Under the pieces are notes generated by a model. The model was not told the origin of the DNA. It ran no database searches and worked only from the letters and a program-made list of their open reading frames with translations. Below are positions 46,457 through 56,776 of a stretch of 63,923 nucleotides of DNA, piece by piece. Made by a program: the position numbers and the translations under genes. Numbering within the stretch: position 1 is the stretch's first letter; each line of letters begins with the position of its first letter. Origin of the DNA: a virus (lineage: Duplodnaviria; Caudoviricetes); the IMG/VR virus record IMGVR_UViG_3300037722_000953, positions 1-63,923 of that record; one strand, given 5' to 3'.

Positions 46457-47902
46457 TTAACAGTCTGTACATCCATAGAGGGTTGGCAGAGGCGTCAGGG
46501 TCCGCCCGCCGGTGTCCTCATACACCCGGCCACTGCCGGTAACATCCGGCACCGGTTCGCCGGGGATGTCGCAGCAGACGTTTTGCAGCCGTCCCAACAG
46601 CCACGGCATCTTAGCTACAATGCGCGGCTTGGTCAAAATTTGCACATCGAAGCAGCCGCGTGAATTGTCGCGGATCAGAGCAAAGCGTCCATTGTCGGTG
46701 ATAGCGATATCGTCACTGCCAAACATGCTGACCAACTCGTTCCGGATCCGGCCGTAAGTCATGTTGAAATCCTGATACTGACCGTATGTAACCGTTTCGC
46801 CATTGACATCTGTCGTCAAGAAATAGATATCGGAGCAAATGCCATTGGCCTGCCCTGGCGTCTCAGGAATGAGATTATCCAGAATAACAGGATACCACCG
46901 GCCATAAATCGGCAATGCCATTCGCGACAGATACTCCTCATAGCGGTCCTGTGCTTGCCGAGCATCCTGACTGACGCGGGTACCGGTCGCGTTGCCGACA
47001 GAGCACAGGTCGATCCCGGCGCAAGCGTAAGCTTTGGCAACACAGTCCCACATATTGGGTGTCATCACGATATACATTTGTGACGTCGCCCAATCGAAGC
47101 CCGCCCCGCCGGCGCGGGTCATAAACTGAAGTACCATCCGCCGAAAGTAGTTGGTGATAGCCAAACTGCCATCAGATTGCACGGCATTGTTTTGATAGTC
47201 CAACAGAAAACTGTCGGCTCCGGGGCATAGGCTCTGGGTATACGCATCGAATTTGCCGGTGTTGACAATCTTCTGGAAGCCGTCATACTCGTTATAGATG
47301 CGACCAACGTTGTTAGCGCAGTTACCATTCCAGAGCATTGTGCTATTTTTCAGCCGCTGCAGGTAGGCTGTCACTCGCATCTGAAGCATGAAGGCGTCGG
47401 TGATCTGTTCGCCGCGCCGGACTAAAACATTACCGGTAGCATCCGTGATGTCACCAAACAGGGCTTTGACAGGCACATTCGCATTGTCTCTTACTCCCAA
47501 TCGGTCGAACTGTAGCTCGTCTGTCTGACTACAGAAGCGGCCAAAGCAGTATAGCTGGGTGCACATCTGCAGGGCCGGTGAGGTACAACTACCACAAGCC
47601 GCCGTTTGTTCGGCGCCAACTTCAGAGATGCTGGTCCAGGCATCGACGAACTCTTTCTCGGTGTTCGTGCCAGTCCACTGCATGACGGCCTCAAAGCCCA
47701 TCGGTCCAACCATAGCGTTGATGAGCTGCGCTGAGCCATCACACCGGCCAAACAGGCCGCCGGCTTCATACAGGTATGCCGTTTCACTCGGCGTGCCATC
47801 GGCCTTGATCCCATAACGGTAGCCTTTACTGCCCCCTGATTGGCCTGAGACAAGGGGGGCAAGAGCCTTTGCCAGTTCACTCGCAAATAATTGTTCATTC
47901 AT
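46457..47902 (-). CDS. Major capsid protein (Cys-rich)
   Basis: 481 aa following protease/scaffold; 'LWNGN...EYDGFQKIV', 'CSDIYFL', 'PRIVAKMPWLLGRLQNV'. Confidence 0.75.
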   Translation of the reverse strand: MNEQLFASELAKALAPLVSGQSGGSKGYRYGIKADGTPSETAYLYEAGGLFGRCDGSAQLINAMVGPMGFEAVMQWTGTNTEKEFVDAWTSISEVGAEQTAACGSCTSPALQMCTQLYCFGRFCSQTDELQFDRLGVRDNANVPVKALFGDITDATGNVLVRRGEQITDAFMLQMRVTAYLQRLKNSTMLWNGNCANNVGRIYNEYDGFQKIVNTGKFDAYTQSLCPGADSFLLDYQNNAVQSDGSLAITNYFRRMVLQFMTRAGGAGFDWATSQMYIVMTPNMWDCVAKAYACAGIDLCSVGNATGTRVSQDARQAQDRYEEYLSRMALPIYGRWYPVILDNLIPETPGQANGICSDIYFLTTDVNGETVTYGQYQDFNMTYGRIRNELVSMFGSDDIAITDNGRFALIRDNSRGCFDVQILTKPRIVAKMPWLLGRLQNVCCDIPGEPVPDVTGSGRVYEDTGGRTLTPLPTLYGCTDC

Positions 47903-47905
47903 TGT

Positions 47906-49801
47906 TTAAACTCCGGTGAAAAACGCACCGGCCAACGATCCATCCTGTTGCGCCCGGGTGCTTTCTTTTGGCTTTTTGGTCTTGAGCTCATCGTCATCTG
48001 CGAGCTTGGTGTCTTCGGCTGTGGTTGCGCACACGAGGTTAAACATCTGTTTAGTCATATTGTGCTTACGTGCGGTCTCTTCGGTCTTTTCGAACTTGTT
48101 CAACCGATCCTCGAATTTCTTTTGGCTCTCTACAACTACACCGATGGCCTCTACCAACGGTTCGAGGTCGATTGAAAATTGTTTTGATAACTGCTTGGCT
48201 ACAGCATCGGCTACCGTGTCCAGTGAAAGGACTTCGGCCTTTGTAGTTTCCTCAGCAGCCTCTTCGGTAGTTCTTCCGGCGGCTTCCTCTGCGCCCTCAC
48301 CGTTCGCCTTGTAGCGAGCATTGCTTTCGAGTGCGACCGATTTATTCTCGGCGTCCCCGATTAAACGAGAGGCCAAGTCGTCACCAAACATAACAACGCT
48401 TGCCTTTTTTTGTTCCTCTGTCATTGCCATATTTTTAACCTCATTTACTTTTGTCCAGATATTGGCCGCTGCAAACAACGGCAACACGCTGGTACGTGGA
48501 ATGTCTATATTTTCATAAACACCTGTTACCCGCTCCTCTGGCAGATATTTATATTCAACAGAGCACCCCCAGCCCTCTGGTGATACTTCGGGATGTCCAT
48601 CGGGGTACCGCTTGAGTGTCTTTAGTGCTGCCCGTCCAAGCTCGTTATCCAGAAATGGGCCAGCTTCGACCAGGATACGGCCCGGCACGGCCACCCATCG
48701 TTTCTCGGCAAAGTCCGTACCAGGTATGTGATAGAAGTTGAAGTATCCTTTTACTTCACGATCCTCTACCTTCTTCACCCAGGTCTCGAGAGATTTTGTC
48801 GAGAAAATCTCTTTTTCTCTATCCTCGAATGCATTCGCCGACCAGGTGAACAACCACGGCTCGCCGTTGATTTCTTTGATCCGAAATCCGGCTTCGGTAT
48901 CGAACATCTTGGCTTCCGGTGGACTGTCTTTGATCAGTTTAATGGCGTTGACCATTTCGCCAAAGGTGACACCGAGGCCGGACAGTTGGGATTTAGCATT
49001 TTCCGACATCTCGGCAAGTCTCGATAGAAATCCTTTAGTCTCTATAGACTTCGTCATCTCACCCTCGGTGATATTCAGCGCCGCCAATTGCGCCTCAGCA
49101 TCCTCTCTTGTTTCGTGGCAACCCTCGACCCCGTCATTGCTCTCTTTGACCACGGCAAAGCCCGAACAGTCGCCAAAACTCTCCCTAATGTCCCACGGCA
49201 TGTTAGCCTCCTGCTTGCTTCCCTCTTTTTTTTTCAGTAGTAGCAACGGCTTGCGGACAAGAGCAAGATCATACAGAGCCAATTCGTTGTCGCCCATATC
49301 AAGGCCGTTCAAAGTGACCTCGATGGCCTTATGCAGCTCACTCACGTCCTGACACTGGCCGATGCATTTATGACCTGTGCTATCGAGCACCACGGCCTCA
49401 TCTACCACCACGATTTGTTTAGGTAGTTTTCTGACCTGCTCGATAACCCTGAGTTCGCTACCTGTTAGCTTGCGCTCTACGATCGTGCCGTCAAACCGCT
49501 TCGTCTTGCTGAAGCCTTTGAACTCAGCGATTGGGTGGACGTAAAACGAAACGCTATCCGGCCAGAGTAGAAGACGCTCTTCTGGCCGGATGCGGTGTTT
49601 ATCGGCATTCTCCAGCCGGTCGAATTCGCCATCCACCATCCGGGCCGGCTGCGATAAAGTCAGATAGCCGAATGCCTCACCGTCGGAGGTCAAGAGTAGT
49701 TCCTTACCGGCCTCTAGTGGCTCAACAGACGCTATAGCAGTTTGTTTACCGCGCCAGATTAAAAATCCGTGCGGCTTTGGTAAATCAAGGTTTGCTATCA
49801 T
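47906..49801 (-). CDS. Multidomain prohead protease/scaffold protein
   Basis: Position; 'WSANAFEDREKEIF', 'FYH', 'WGCSVEY'; acidic coiled C-terminus. Confidence 0.65.
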   Translation of the reverse strand: MIANLDLPKPHGFLIWRGKQTAIASVEPLEAGKELLLTSDGEAFGYLTLSQPARMVDGEFDRLENADKHRIRPEERLLLWPDSVSFYVHPIAEFKGFSKTKRFDGTIVERKLTGSELRVIEQVRKLPKQIVVVDEAVVLDSTGHKCIGQCQDVSELHKAIEVTLNGLDMGDNELALYDLALVRKPLLLLKKKEGSKQEANMPWDIRESFGDCSGFAVVKESNDGVEGCHETREDAEAQLAALNITEGEMTKSIETKGFLSRLAEMSENAKSQLSGLGVTFGEMVNAIKLIKDSPPEAKMFDTEAGFRIKEINGEPWLFTWSANAFEDREKEIFSTKSLETWVKKVEDREVKGYFNFYHIPGTDFAEKRWVAVPGRILVEAGPFLDNELGRAALKTLKRYPDGHPEVSPEGWGCSVEYKYLPEERVTGVYENIDIPRTSVLPLFAAANIWTKVNEVKNMAMTEEQKKASVVMFGDDLASRLIGDAENKSVALESNARYKANGEGAEEAAGRTTEEAAEETTKAEVLSLDTVADAVAKQLSKQFSIDLEPLVEAIGVVVESQKKFEDRLNKFEKTEETARKHNMTKQMFNLVCATTAEDTKLADDDELKTKKPKESTRAQQDGSLAGAFFTGV

Positions 49802-49819
49802 CCAAGATTAGTCGTGCCA

Positions 49820-50383
49820 TTACCTTATCAGCTCCACTTTAGGAATCTCCCCCGGCGTTGCCTCTTTGTCTGTCGCCTCAAAACCACAGTCACACAACCA
49901 GCCACCGCAAACCAAGAAGTCATTCGGTGGATGCTGCGGCCTGGCGCCGCTTGCCAGCCATTCGCTGGCCGGTTTAACGTGCCCGTTTAGCCTGGTACAC
50001 GATACACAGTGGTCCTCGGTTCCGCCTAGCTCCCATATCAGATGCCGCTCCCCGCAACTCATCATCATCCCAAGATTTCTTACGTCCCGATACCGGTTGA
50101 CCCATAGCTCAGCCCGTAAGAACAACGGCTCCAAAAACGGATCGGCCTCTGAGCTAACCGCCAGTGAATTCAGGTGCTCTATCTCAGAGTTGACAACACC
50201 CTGTATGGCTTCCTCATCTATGTTATCGTTGCCGCATTCTCGCGAGCCTTCAAGGAAGGCATCAGGCATTTCGCGGTTGAGCGCTATCTCCATATTGGTA
50301 ATAAACTGCTGACGCGTAATGACGCCGGAGTTGACGGCCTCGATGTTGGATTGGATTTCAAGCCGGTAATCATCTAAGCTCAT
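49820..50383 (-). CDS. Head morphogenesis (MuF/SPP1 gp7-like) protein
   Basis: WELGGTEDHCVSC..LNG...CGGWLCDC. Confidence 0.75.
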   Translation of the reverse strand: MSLDDYRLEIQSNIEAVNSGVITRQQFITNMEIALNREMPDAFLEGSRECGNDNIDEEAIQGVVNSEIEHLNSLAVSSEADPFLEPLFLRAELWVNRYRDVRNLGMMMSCGERHLIWELGGTEDHCVSCTRLNGHVKPASEWLASGARPQHPPNDFLVCGGWLCDCGFEATDKEATPGEIPKVELIR

Positions 50384-51851
50384 TCATCCGATACCGCACC
50401 AGTTGATCTAATCTAACTTTGCCGGCTCTGTAGTTCTCTTCGGCCTGCCGGGTTAAGTAGCTTTTGTGCCTGATCGGATACCGGATGTTACCAAATCTAT
50501 CCAGTATCATCTTCTGTTCGCGGTCGGTGTCGGTTAAATCTTCCTCATCGGTAATGTCAGCCAGCAAAAAATCCTCTTTGAAGTAATCGACATTATCAGC
50601 CAGCATCTGTCGGATCAGTTCGGCGTTCACTGGCGTTTCCTGATCCTGGCTGCCCGGCATCCACATACCCATAATCGTTTCAGTCTTTTTCTTGTTGATG
50701 TCGGCGCGAAGCAGATCCTCCTCGTCATCTTGAAAATCGAAGGCGAAATTAACCGATTTCGGCAGCACCTTCCAATTGATTTCGCGCTCGACCATCGAGA
50801 TGATTTCACCGATCAACTTGCCCTTTGCCTTTTGGTGTTGGACCTCTGTCTCTGTTGCCGTACCCAGCGGACCGGCGCTGATCGGCCAGAACTCGCGGAC
50901 ATCGACGCCAAACGACAGGGCCACGATATTGATATATAGATTGGTTGCCGTGTTTTCGTCAAAGTTGTCCGGGACAGAGGCAAAATCTATAAAGTCGATA
51001 GAGGCCGGCTTCGAGGGATCGAGCGAGAACAGTTGCAGAATCGGCGCAAAGATGCTTTGACCCTGCCGCCGCCTTCCAGCCGCGTACGATGCCTCAGCAT
51101 CCTCGAACTGTGTCTCCAGTATGTTGTTGAATATGGCGACCCCGGCCGGTGGCAGGTCGTCAAGTTTTTGGTTTTTGTACTTGTTGAATTTGAGCAATAT
51201 CTGAGAGGATGATACGACACGCGACACACTGCAAAAGCCAACGTCGTTCATGTCCTCATTCGGGGACGGCAGATCGACGATGTGCATTACGCGTGTGCTG
51301 TGCAGCTTTCGGGCGGTGTTGTCTTTGGCGTTGTTGAACACAACGGGGTAATCAAGGTCCCCGGTCAATGTACACTGGGCCGCGTCAAGGTGAGCCAGCC
51401 CCAGGGGTAACCCCTCGATCGGCCCGGCGGGATCGCCCTCACCAATTAACTCGATAAAGCCGCCCTTGTCCTGCGATAGGAAGTCGTACAGGACCTTGGA
51501 AATTAGAAGTGACCAACCTTTGCCGAACTCGGCGCTTGACAGAACGAGCTGACGCTCTTCCACCCGTGATTTTGGACCCTGAAGCCGCCAATTCATCGCC
51601 TTGAACTTTTTGATAACTGAGGCGATAGCGCCTTGAAGAATATCGTTGCCGGGAGCCAGGACAAACTGCCTCAAGTCAGCGTCACGTCTCGGTGCCCACC
51701 ATGGCCAGATATCATCGGCGGTGCCAAGATGCCGGTGAAACCAGATAGTACCAGAGCCAGCGGCTGAGGCCTGTACCTCTGTCCTGCGCTGGACCGAAAG
51801 CCCTTCGATCTTTTTATCGGTTGTTAGTTGCTTGGAGCCGTTTTGAGACAC
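50370..51851 (-). CDS. Portal protein
   Basis: Position after terminase; 'YDFLSQDKGGFIEL', 'IVALSFGVD'; start moved to GTG 51851 because a promoter and hairpin lie in the annotated 5' end. Confidence 0.75.
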   Translation of the reverse strand: MSQNGSKQLTTDKKIEGLSVQRRTEVQASAAGSGTIWFHRHLGTADDIWPWWAPRRDADLRQFVLAPGNDILQGAIASVIKKFKAMNWRLQGPKSRVEERQLVLSSAEFGKGWSLLISKVLYDFLSQDKGGFIELIGEGDPAGPIEGLPLGLAHLDAAQCTLTGDLDYPVVFNNAKDNTARKLHSTRVMHIVDLPSPNEDMNDVGFCSVSRVVSSSQILLKFNKYKNQKLDDLPPAGVAIFNNILETQFEDAEASYAAGRRRQGQSIFAPILQLFSLDPSKPASIDFIDFASVPDNFDENTATNLYINIVALSFGVDVREFWPISAGPLGTATETEVQHQKAKGKLIGEIISMVEREINWKVLPKSVNFAFDFQDDEEDLLRADINKKKTETIMGMWMPGSQDQETPVNAELIRQMLADNVDYFKEDFLLADITDEEDLTDTDREQKMILDRFGNIRYPIRHKSYLTRQAEENYRAGKVRLDQLVRYRMNELR

Positions 51852-51893
51852 AAAAATAGTCCACTTGCAACAGTGGACTATATGAAGTGAACT
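51852..51893 (-). promoter_or_regulatory. Conserved hairpin element, copy 2
   Basis: ATAGTCCACT/AGTGGACTAT stem + T-run immediately before GTG 51851. Confidence 0.65.
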
Positions 51894-51935
51894 GTACTTT
51901 TTGCGAGGTACGGTTACCGGGCAGAGTTGATATAG

Positions 51936-51964
51936 ATTATAATCCATATGTCAGTTGGTGTCAA
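51936..51964 (-). promoter_or_regulatory. Consensus promoter for the head genes
   Basis: TTGACA-17-TATAAT. Confidence 0.8.
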
Positions 51965-52123
51965 CCGGTGTTGGATTAAGTTTGATCCGGTGAGCCTTGG
52001 TTACCAGCATCCTTATCTGCGCTTCTGACATCCTCGATCCACTTGTCGATAATGCCGAGACAACGCTTGACGACGTGAACCAGAAAATGCTTCAGCCAAG
52101 GCGGGACGGTTGTTAACGGGTTG

Positions 52124-52597
52124 TTAGACATTTCTTGATTGGTAACAATGCTCCCCCCTTGGGGGGGGCTGCGTATCGTCAGCAGTAACCCCCGCAAAGG
52201 CTGCCCGATTCCAGTCATAGTCCAACTCCACCCGTCCCTCATCTCCGGGATCATACTCCCGATCCGTTACATAGATCAGGTGAGCCGGCCCGGCCAATAC
52301 TGTAAAGCCGTGAGCATGATTAGGCGGGATGGTTAATACTTGCGCCGGCTGGCCTTCACCCAACAAAAACTCCTGATATCGACCACGACCGCCGCGCATA
52401 TCAACGACAACCGCCTTGATGACGCCAATCGGGACGTACCAGTAATCCGTTTGATTTTTGTGCAGGTGGAATTCAGGCGTAAAATAACCTGTGAACTTCA
52501 TCGAATGATTAACTTGCCTTAGATTGTCGCCTTTGATGATCTCCCTGAAGAAGCCGCGATCATCGGAATGTGTTTTGACTTGTCTTAGTTCAGTCAT
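52124..52597 (-). CDS. rmlC: dTDP-4-dehydrorhamnose 3,5-epimerase (cupin)
   Basis: HSDDRGFFRE, FHLHKNQ, VVVDMR, IPPNHAHGF; AAGGAG RBS. Confidence 0.88.
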   Translation of the reverse strand: MTELRQVKTHSDDRGFFREIIKGDNLRQVNHSMKFTGYFTPEFHLHKNQTDYWYVPIGVIKAVVVDMRGGRGRYQEFLLGEGQPAQVLTIPPNHAHGFTVLAGPAHLIYVTDREYDPGDEGRVELDYDWNRAAFAGVTADDTQPPPRGEHCYQSRNV

Positions 52598-52619
52598 TTT
52601 GTTTTGTCTCCTTTGGACA

Positions 52620-52763
52620 CTATGCATCTCTTACAATTGCTTGGTAGAATGTGCCGCCATCGACCGATACACCACCCAGCGGACGCCAGCCGTCGTTTAT
52701 TCGACTTAGTACCAGTGTTCGCAGTGCGCCGATGTTACCGGCTGTTAAAATGTCGTAATCCAT
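52620..52763 (-). CDS. DUF1737-like small protein (47 aa, below ORF-track cut-off)
   Basis: MDYDIL...DGWRPLGGVS...FYQAIVRDA. Confidence 0.6.
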   Translation of the reverse strand: MDYDILTAGNIGALRTLVLSRINDGWRPLGGVSVDGGTFYQAIVRDA

Positions 52764-52767
52764 CAGG

Positions 52768-54234
52768 TTACCCTATATTATAATATAAAATGCGACTGGC
52801 CGCCATTGAGAGCGCCACCGCCGCGTCTACTTTCTTGTTAGAGGCCGCCTTGATAACTCGCACGCCATCCTCAGACGATGTCCCATCGCCATACTTTTTG
52901 ACACTGGCATTGTCGATGTGCTGTCTCAGTAGCGGATTGCCATCGTGTGCTATGCGGCGGTTGGTAATCAGCGTCTGTAATTGTTTATCGGCCTTAATCC
53001 TGTCCGGCCCCTGGGAGAATTCTTTGAACAGCGTCAGACCCATCTTGCCCAGATGGTTGTTGCACAGATAGTGCAGTTGAGTCGGGTCGTAGGTCACCTC
53101 GACCACATTGTACTCTTTACACAGCCGCTTGATCTCGTTTTCGATTGGATCAAAGTCCAACAACTGACCCTGATCCGGTTGCCAGATACCGCAGTACCGG
53201 ACGGCCACATCCTTGGGCCGGCCAGGGTGGCGCGTCACTCCGACAACGCTAAATGTATCGGCTATGTAGCCGACGCTCTCAGAGCCTTTGGCCGCGTCCA
53301 GGGCCAGCACCACGCTTTCGCGTCCGGTCAGCGGCGGCAACTGCTCCTGGCAGTTGTCCCACCAAACGATATTCACGAACTTTTCAGTACCGCTACCCCA
53401 CTCGTTTCGGTGGACGCGCCTGAACTCAGACGGCAAGAGTATCTCTTGCTCAGAGTTGTAGTACTCCTGGGTTTGCCAAGGCAGACGCGGCGTCGTGTTC
53501 CACAAGCACAGAGTAGAGCCGTTGGCATATAGTTCTAAGTCGCTATCCAGTCTTTGGCCGTTCTTGACACACCGCTCGTAAAGCTGTTCGAGTATTGGAC
53601 TTTCGCCGGTATAGCCGGCGTAAGTCTCGATCCATCTCTGCGAGTGGCCGAATTTTGTTGGACTTAGGGTCATCTCGGTCCACATTTGACTGATCGCCTT
53701 ATGTTTAGCAGCCCACAACTCAGAGAAGATGATCAAATCGTCATTACCCCCCGCTTCGCCGCCCGGATCAATCGGGATGGCCTCGATCGTCGTCTTATTG
53801 GGTAGCGTCGTTTTATATTGCACCTGCTTGATATCGCTGGCCATCTGAGGATTGAGACTAACCGCCCGGCGCAGGTAGTAAGCCACCCGGCTATCAGCCT
53901 GCTTGAGATCGTTGGCTACGATTTTAATGCTACCCCACCGGGTGGACAGGCCGCGGTAGAGCGCCACCACGGCCGCTATGGTCGATTTGGCCGATTTCTT
54001 GATATCGCCCCAGACAACGGTGTTGTAGATGTATTGCCCTTCGTCATCTCGTCTGGCTGCCTCTCTGAGTACCTGCTGCTGGTAAGGATACAGAACAATC
54101 GGTCCCTTTAGCTCAGGTATGTAAAAACACCGCTGCGCCCAGTCGGCGCAACTTTCGCCATCTCTGGGATAATAATCCGGCGCCTCTAGCAACGGCAACC
54201 GCTTGCGGGCGATCTCAGCTATTAACATTGGCAA
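52768..54234 (-). CDS. terL: Terminase large subunit
   Basis: LYPYQ, DIKKSAKST (Walker A variant), IFSELW, RNEWG, ALDAA, YDP, KVDAAVAL. Confidence 0.9.
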   Translation of the reverse strand: MPMLIAEIARKRLPLLEAPDYYPRDGESCADWAQRCFYIPELKGPIVLYPYQQQVLREAARRDDEGQYIYNTVVWGDIKKSAKSTIAAVVALYRGLSTRWGSIKIVANDLKQADSRVAYYLRRAVSLNPQMASDIKQVQYKTTLPNKTTIEAIPIDPGGEAGGNDDLIIFSELWAAKHKAISQMWTEMTLSPTKFGHSQRWIETYAGYTGESPILEQLYERCVKNGQRLDSDLELYANGSTLCLWNTTPRLPWQTQEYYNSEQEILLPSEFRRVHRNEWGSGTEKFVNIVWWDNCQEQLPPLTGRESVVLALDAAKGSESVGYIADTFSVVGVTRHPGRPKDVAVRYCGIWQPDQGQLLDFDPIENEIKRLCKEYNVVEVTYDPTQLHYLCNNHLGKMGLTLFKEFSQGPDRIKADKQLQTLITNRRIAHDGNPLLRQHIDNASVKKYGDGTSSEDGVRVIKAASNKKVDAAVALSMAASRILYYNIG

Positions 54235-54832
54235 GCTCAGCTATGATCTTTTGGTACAACTCTGGCTCCAGCCGCTGTTGTAAAACGTCGAGCGCCTTCT
54301 CTAGTTCGCGTTCGACCTTGACCGTTATGTTGTCTGAGAGCAGCCCGTAATGCCGGGCCAGTTTTTCTAACGCGTCGAGGGCCGAATAAAGCTCTAGTTG
54401 GAAACTACTGCTGTTATCGCCAACTCGCTGATTGACCCTCTTCACCAGGTCGGACTTGGGATGATCCTTCAAATCTTGTCGGAACGTCAGTACATCCGAA
54501 AACTCGCCAATGTCGCCACGAGCCATAGCCGATAATCGGGCGATGACCTCAGCCGCTGGCATATGCTGCCGCTCCCATTCGGACAGGCGCAAGGCGGCCA
54601 GGTGATCGTCGTAAGCGGCGGCGCGGGCAGGCCAGGAGGGGTGGTCGGTGGGCCAGGCCATTGCAGTCCAGGAACCGGGCATTTTTCCTGCCGGTTTTCT
54701 ACCAGTCTTCTGCCTCCATTGCCGGTAGGCTGTCTCAACCGAGCGCGGAGGCTCCTGAACGAGATAGAACCGGCTGAAGCGGTCGAAGCTGGCCGGGGTA
54801 TCGAAGGGCTGGCGTTGCCAGAGGTCAGCCAT
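54215..54832 (-). CDS. terS: Terminase small subunit
   Basis: W..RAAAYD, EVIARLSAMARGDI, ELYSALDALEKLARHYGL. Confidence 0.8.
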   Translation of the reverse strand: MADLWQRQPFDTPASFDRFSRFYLVQEPPRSVETAYRQWRQKTGRKPAGKMPGSWTAMAWPTDHPSWPARAAAYDDHLAALRLSEWERQHMPAAEVIARLSAMARGDIGEFSDVLTFRQDLKDHPKSDLVKRVNQRVGDNSSSFQLELYSALDALEKLARHYGLLSDNITVKVERELEKALDVLQQRLEPELYQKIIAELANVNS

Positions 54833-55034
54833 TGGTAGTTTCCTTCAGAAGCTGAAGCAGTTTTTCAACCAACGCCGGTACCTGATCAAGCCCCAAAACC
54901 AACGCACCGAACTCATCATAATGCAGATTGTCGGTGTCGACGATGGCAATCCAGCCGTCATCGATATCGGCGTCTATGACGATGTTTTCATCGACGAAGA
55001 TTCGGGTGATTGTGGGTTTAGGTTCGTTGGTCAT
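54825..55034 (-). CDS. Hypothetical protein
   Basis: Operon-coupled. Confidence 0.5.
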   Translation of the reverse strand: MTNEPKPTITRIFVDENIVIDADIDDGWIAIVDTDNLHYDEFGALVLGLDQVPALVEKLLQLLKETTNG

Positions 55035-55471
55035 TGGATTAGCTCAGGGTGTAGGCCGATGTCGGCGGCGCGCTGTAGAGTAACAGCGGCGTAACCGGGA
55101 TCGATTTCGATGCAGCGGGCGCGGCGGCTTAGGTTTTCACAAGCGACTAGGGTTGTGCCGGAGCCTGTGAACGGGTCGAACACCACCGACCCAGCGTTGC
55201 CACTTATTCGGATGTATCTCTCAATAAGCTCCCTTGGCTTGATGGTCGGATGTGGCGCATCGCCACCGAAGTCTCTCCGGCCCTCCAGCTTCGCGCTCCC
55301 GTAATATTTAAAATAGGTCGAGGTTGGAGAGATGTGGTTCACCCAATCCTGCACAACTGGCACAAGCTCCCAGCCCAACAGGCCGAGTTCGCTTAGTCTA
55401 TCCTCCGGGTAGAAGCCTGGAGAGATGACTTTGTATTCGTATCGTTGGTTAAACTCGGTCAAGTCACTCAC
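55031..55471 (-). pseudogene. DUF4177-like N-terminus fused to the C-terminal half of an N4/N6 DNA methylase
   Basis: YEYKV...LSELGLLGWELV, then HPTIKP...FDPFTGSGTTL; no DPPY/SPPY catalytic motif. Confidence 0.65.
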
Positions 55472-55702
55472 CAAAAAGCCATCTCCTGATACCATTGAGG
55501 TAAAACAAATCGAATGACACCCCACCTGTCCCAAGCCAAACCTCTAGCAGGCTGCTGGTCCAGCCCCGGGTCTCGATCTCAGCAACGACCACCCCGGCGT
55601 CGCCTTCCCAAAAACTGATAGTGAGAAGGTGGAATGAGAGACCCTTGGGGCTAGGCTTAGACAGGACCTTGTTGTACTTTGCCCTTTCTTCTAGTAAATC
55701 TT

Positions 55703-56098
55703 TCACCGGCCAACCTCAGCCAACGGGTTGGTGTACGTGATCGTCAGCTTGAACCATTCACCCGGTCTGGCCCCGGCATCCTCTAGCAAATCGGATACCA
55801 TATTTTTCATATTGGCGTCTGTCGGTATCCAGCCCCAGCCATCTACAGAGATGCCAGCCACAACTGTTGCGGTCGTTCTGCAAATAGGGCTGACATATAC
55901 GCCTAATTCAGCCAGGGGAGGCGCTTCGAATAGAGCCACTGCGTAAGTGGGCACGGACAAATCGCCCAGGCTGGTCCACTTTTCCAGAGACAATGTGTCA
56001 CCCGTCCTGATTGCCAAAATCGGCAACTCTTCGGCATGCACCAAATCTTTTTTAAGACTGTCCTGAAACATAAACTTGTGCGCCGCTTCTCTTATCAT
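55703..56098 (-). CDS. Hypothetical protein
   Basis: GAGG RBS; operon context. Confidence 0.5.
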   Translation of the reverse strand: MIREAAHKFMFQDSLKKDLVHAEELPILAIRTGDTLSLEKWTSLGDLSVPTYAVALFEAPPLAELGVYVSPICRTTATVVAGISVDGWGWIPTDANMKNMVSDLLEDAGARPGEWFKLTITYTNPLAEVGR

Positions 56099-56776
56099 CG
56101 GGTTACCTCGTTACCAGCGTGTTCCGGTAGCCCGCTCAACCAACTTTGCAGCGCTCCGTGGGGGATTCTCTCATTGGTTTGACACCTCCGCCCAGCCCAA
56201 ACGGTCCTGCCTCGGTCCTGTTACACCAGGGACAAAAACGAAATGAGAACCTGCCGCCGTCTACCCTGACCTGATCGTACCAACGTCCCCAGTTATGAAT
56301 ACCAACCTTACAGAGCATCCGTGGAGCTTCAATTCTCATATCGACCAGCCCTCTCCACCAACTCACTTCCATCCGGCAGTGCATCATCAATCAAGGGGTA
56401 ACTAAACCTCTTGCCGCGCACTATGTAGTATATCTCCTGTTCCGACAAGCCACCCCGGCCAGCCAATAGCCGTAAGCACGTCTTACAGGTGACATTCGCC
56501 GGATTGGGTGATGAGGTCAACGTGCAAGACGCCCAACGTCGAGAACAGTTGCACGGGGTGCCTTTGTAATGCACTCTCACGACTAAACACCCACCCTCTC
56601 CACCCTTACCCGCTGCCCGCTCCTCAGCGGCCAAATCGCAAACGGCTCGCCCGGATCGGCGTACCACAACTGTAAATCGGTGCGGATTTTATCGGCCTCA
56701 TCAGGTTCGAAACCAATGAGGATGATAATGGTCTTGGCAGTTGGGTCGAGTTGGATGGTTTGGACGGCGGGTGTTG

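Noticed and set aside
51852-51947. Annotated 32-aa N-terminal extension of the portal
   Set aside because: It overlaps a consensus promoter and the conserved hairpin, so it is most likely untranslated
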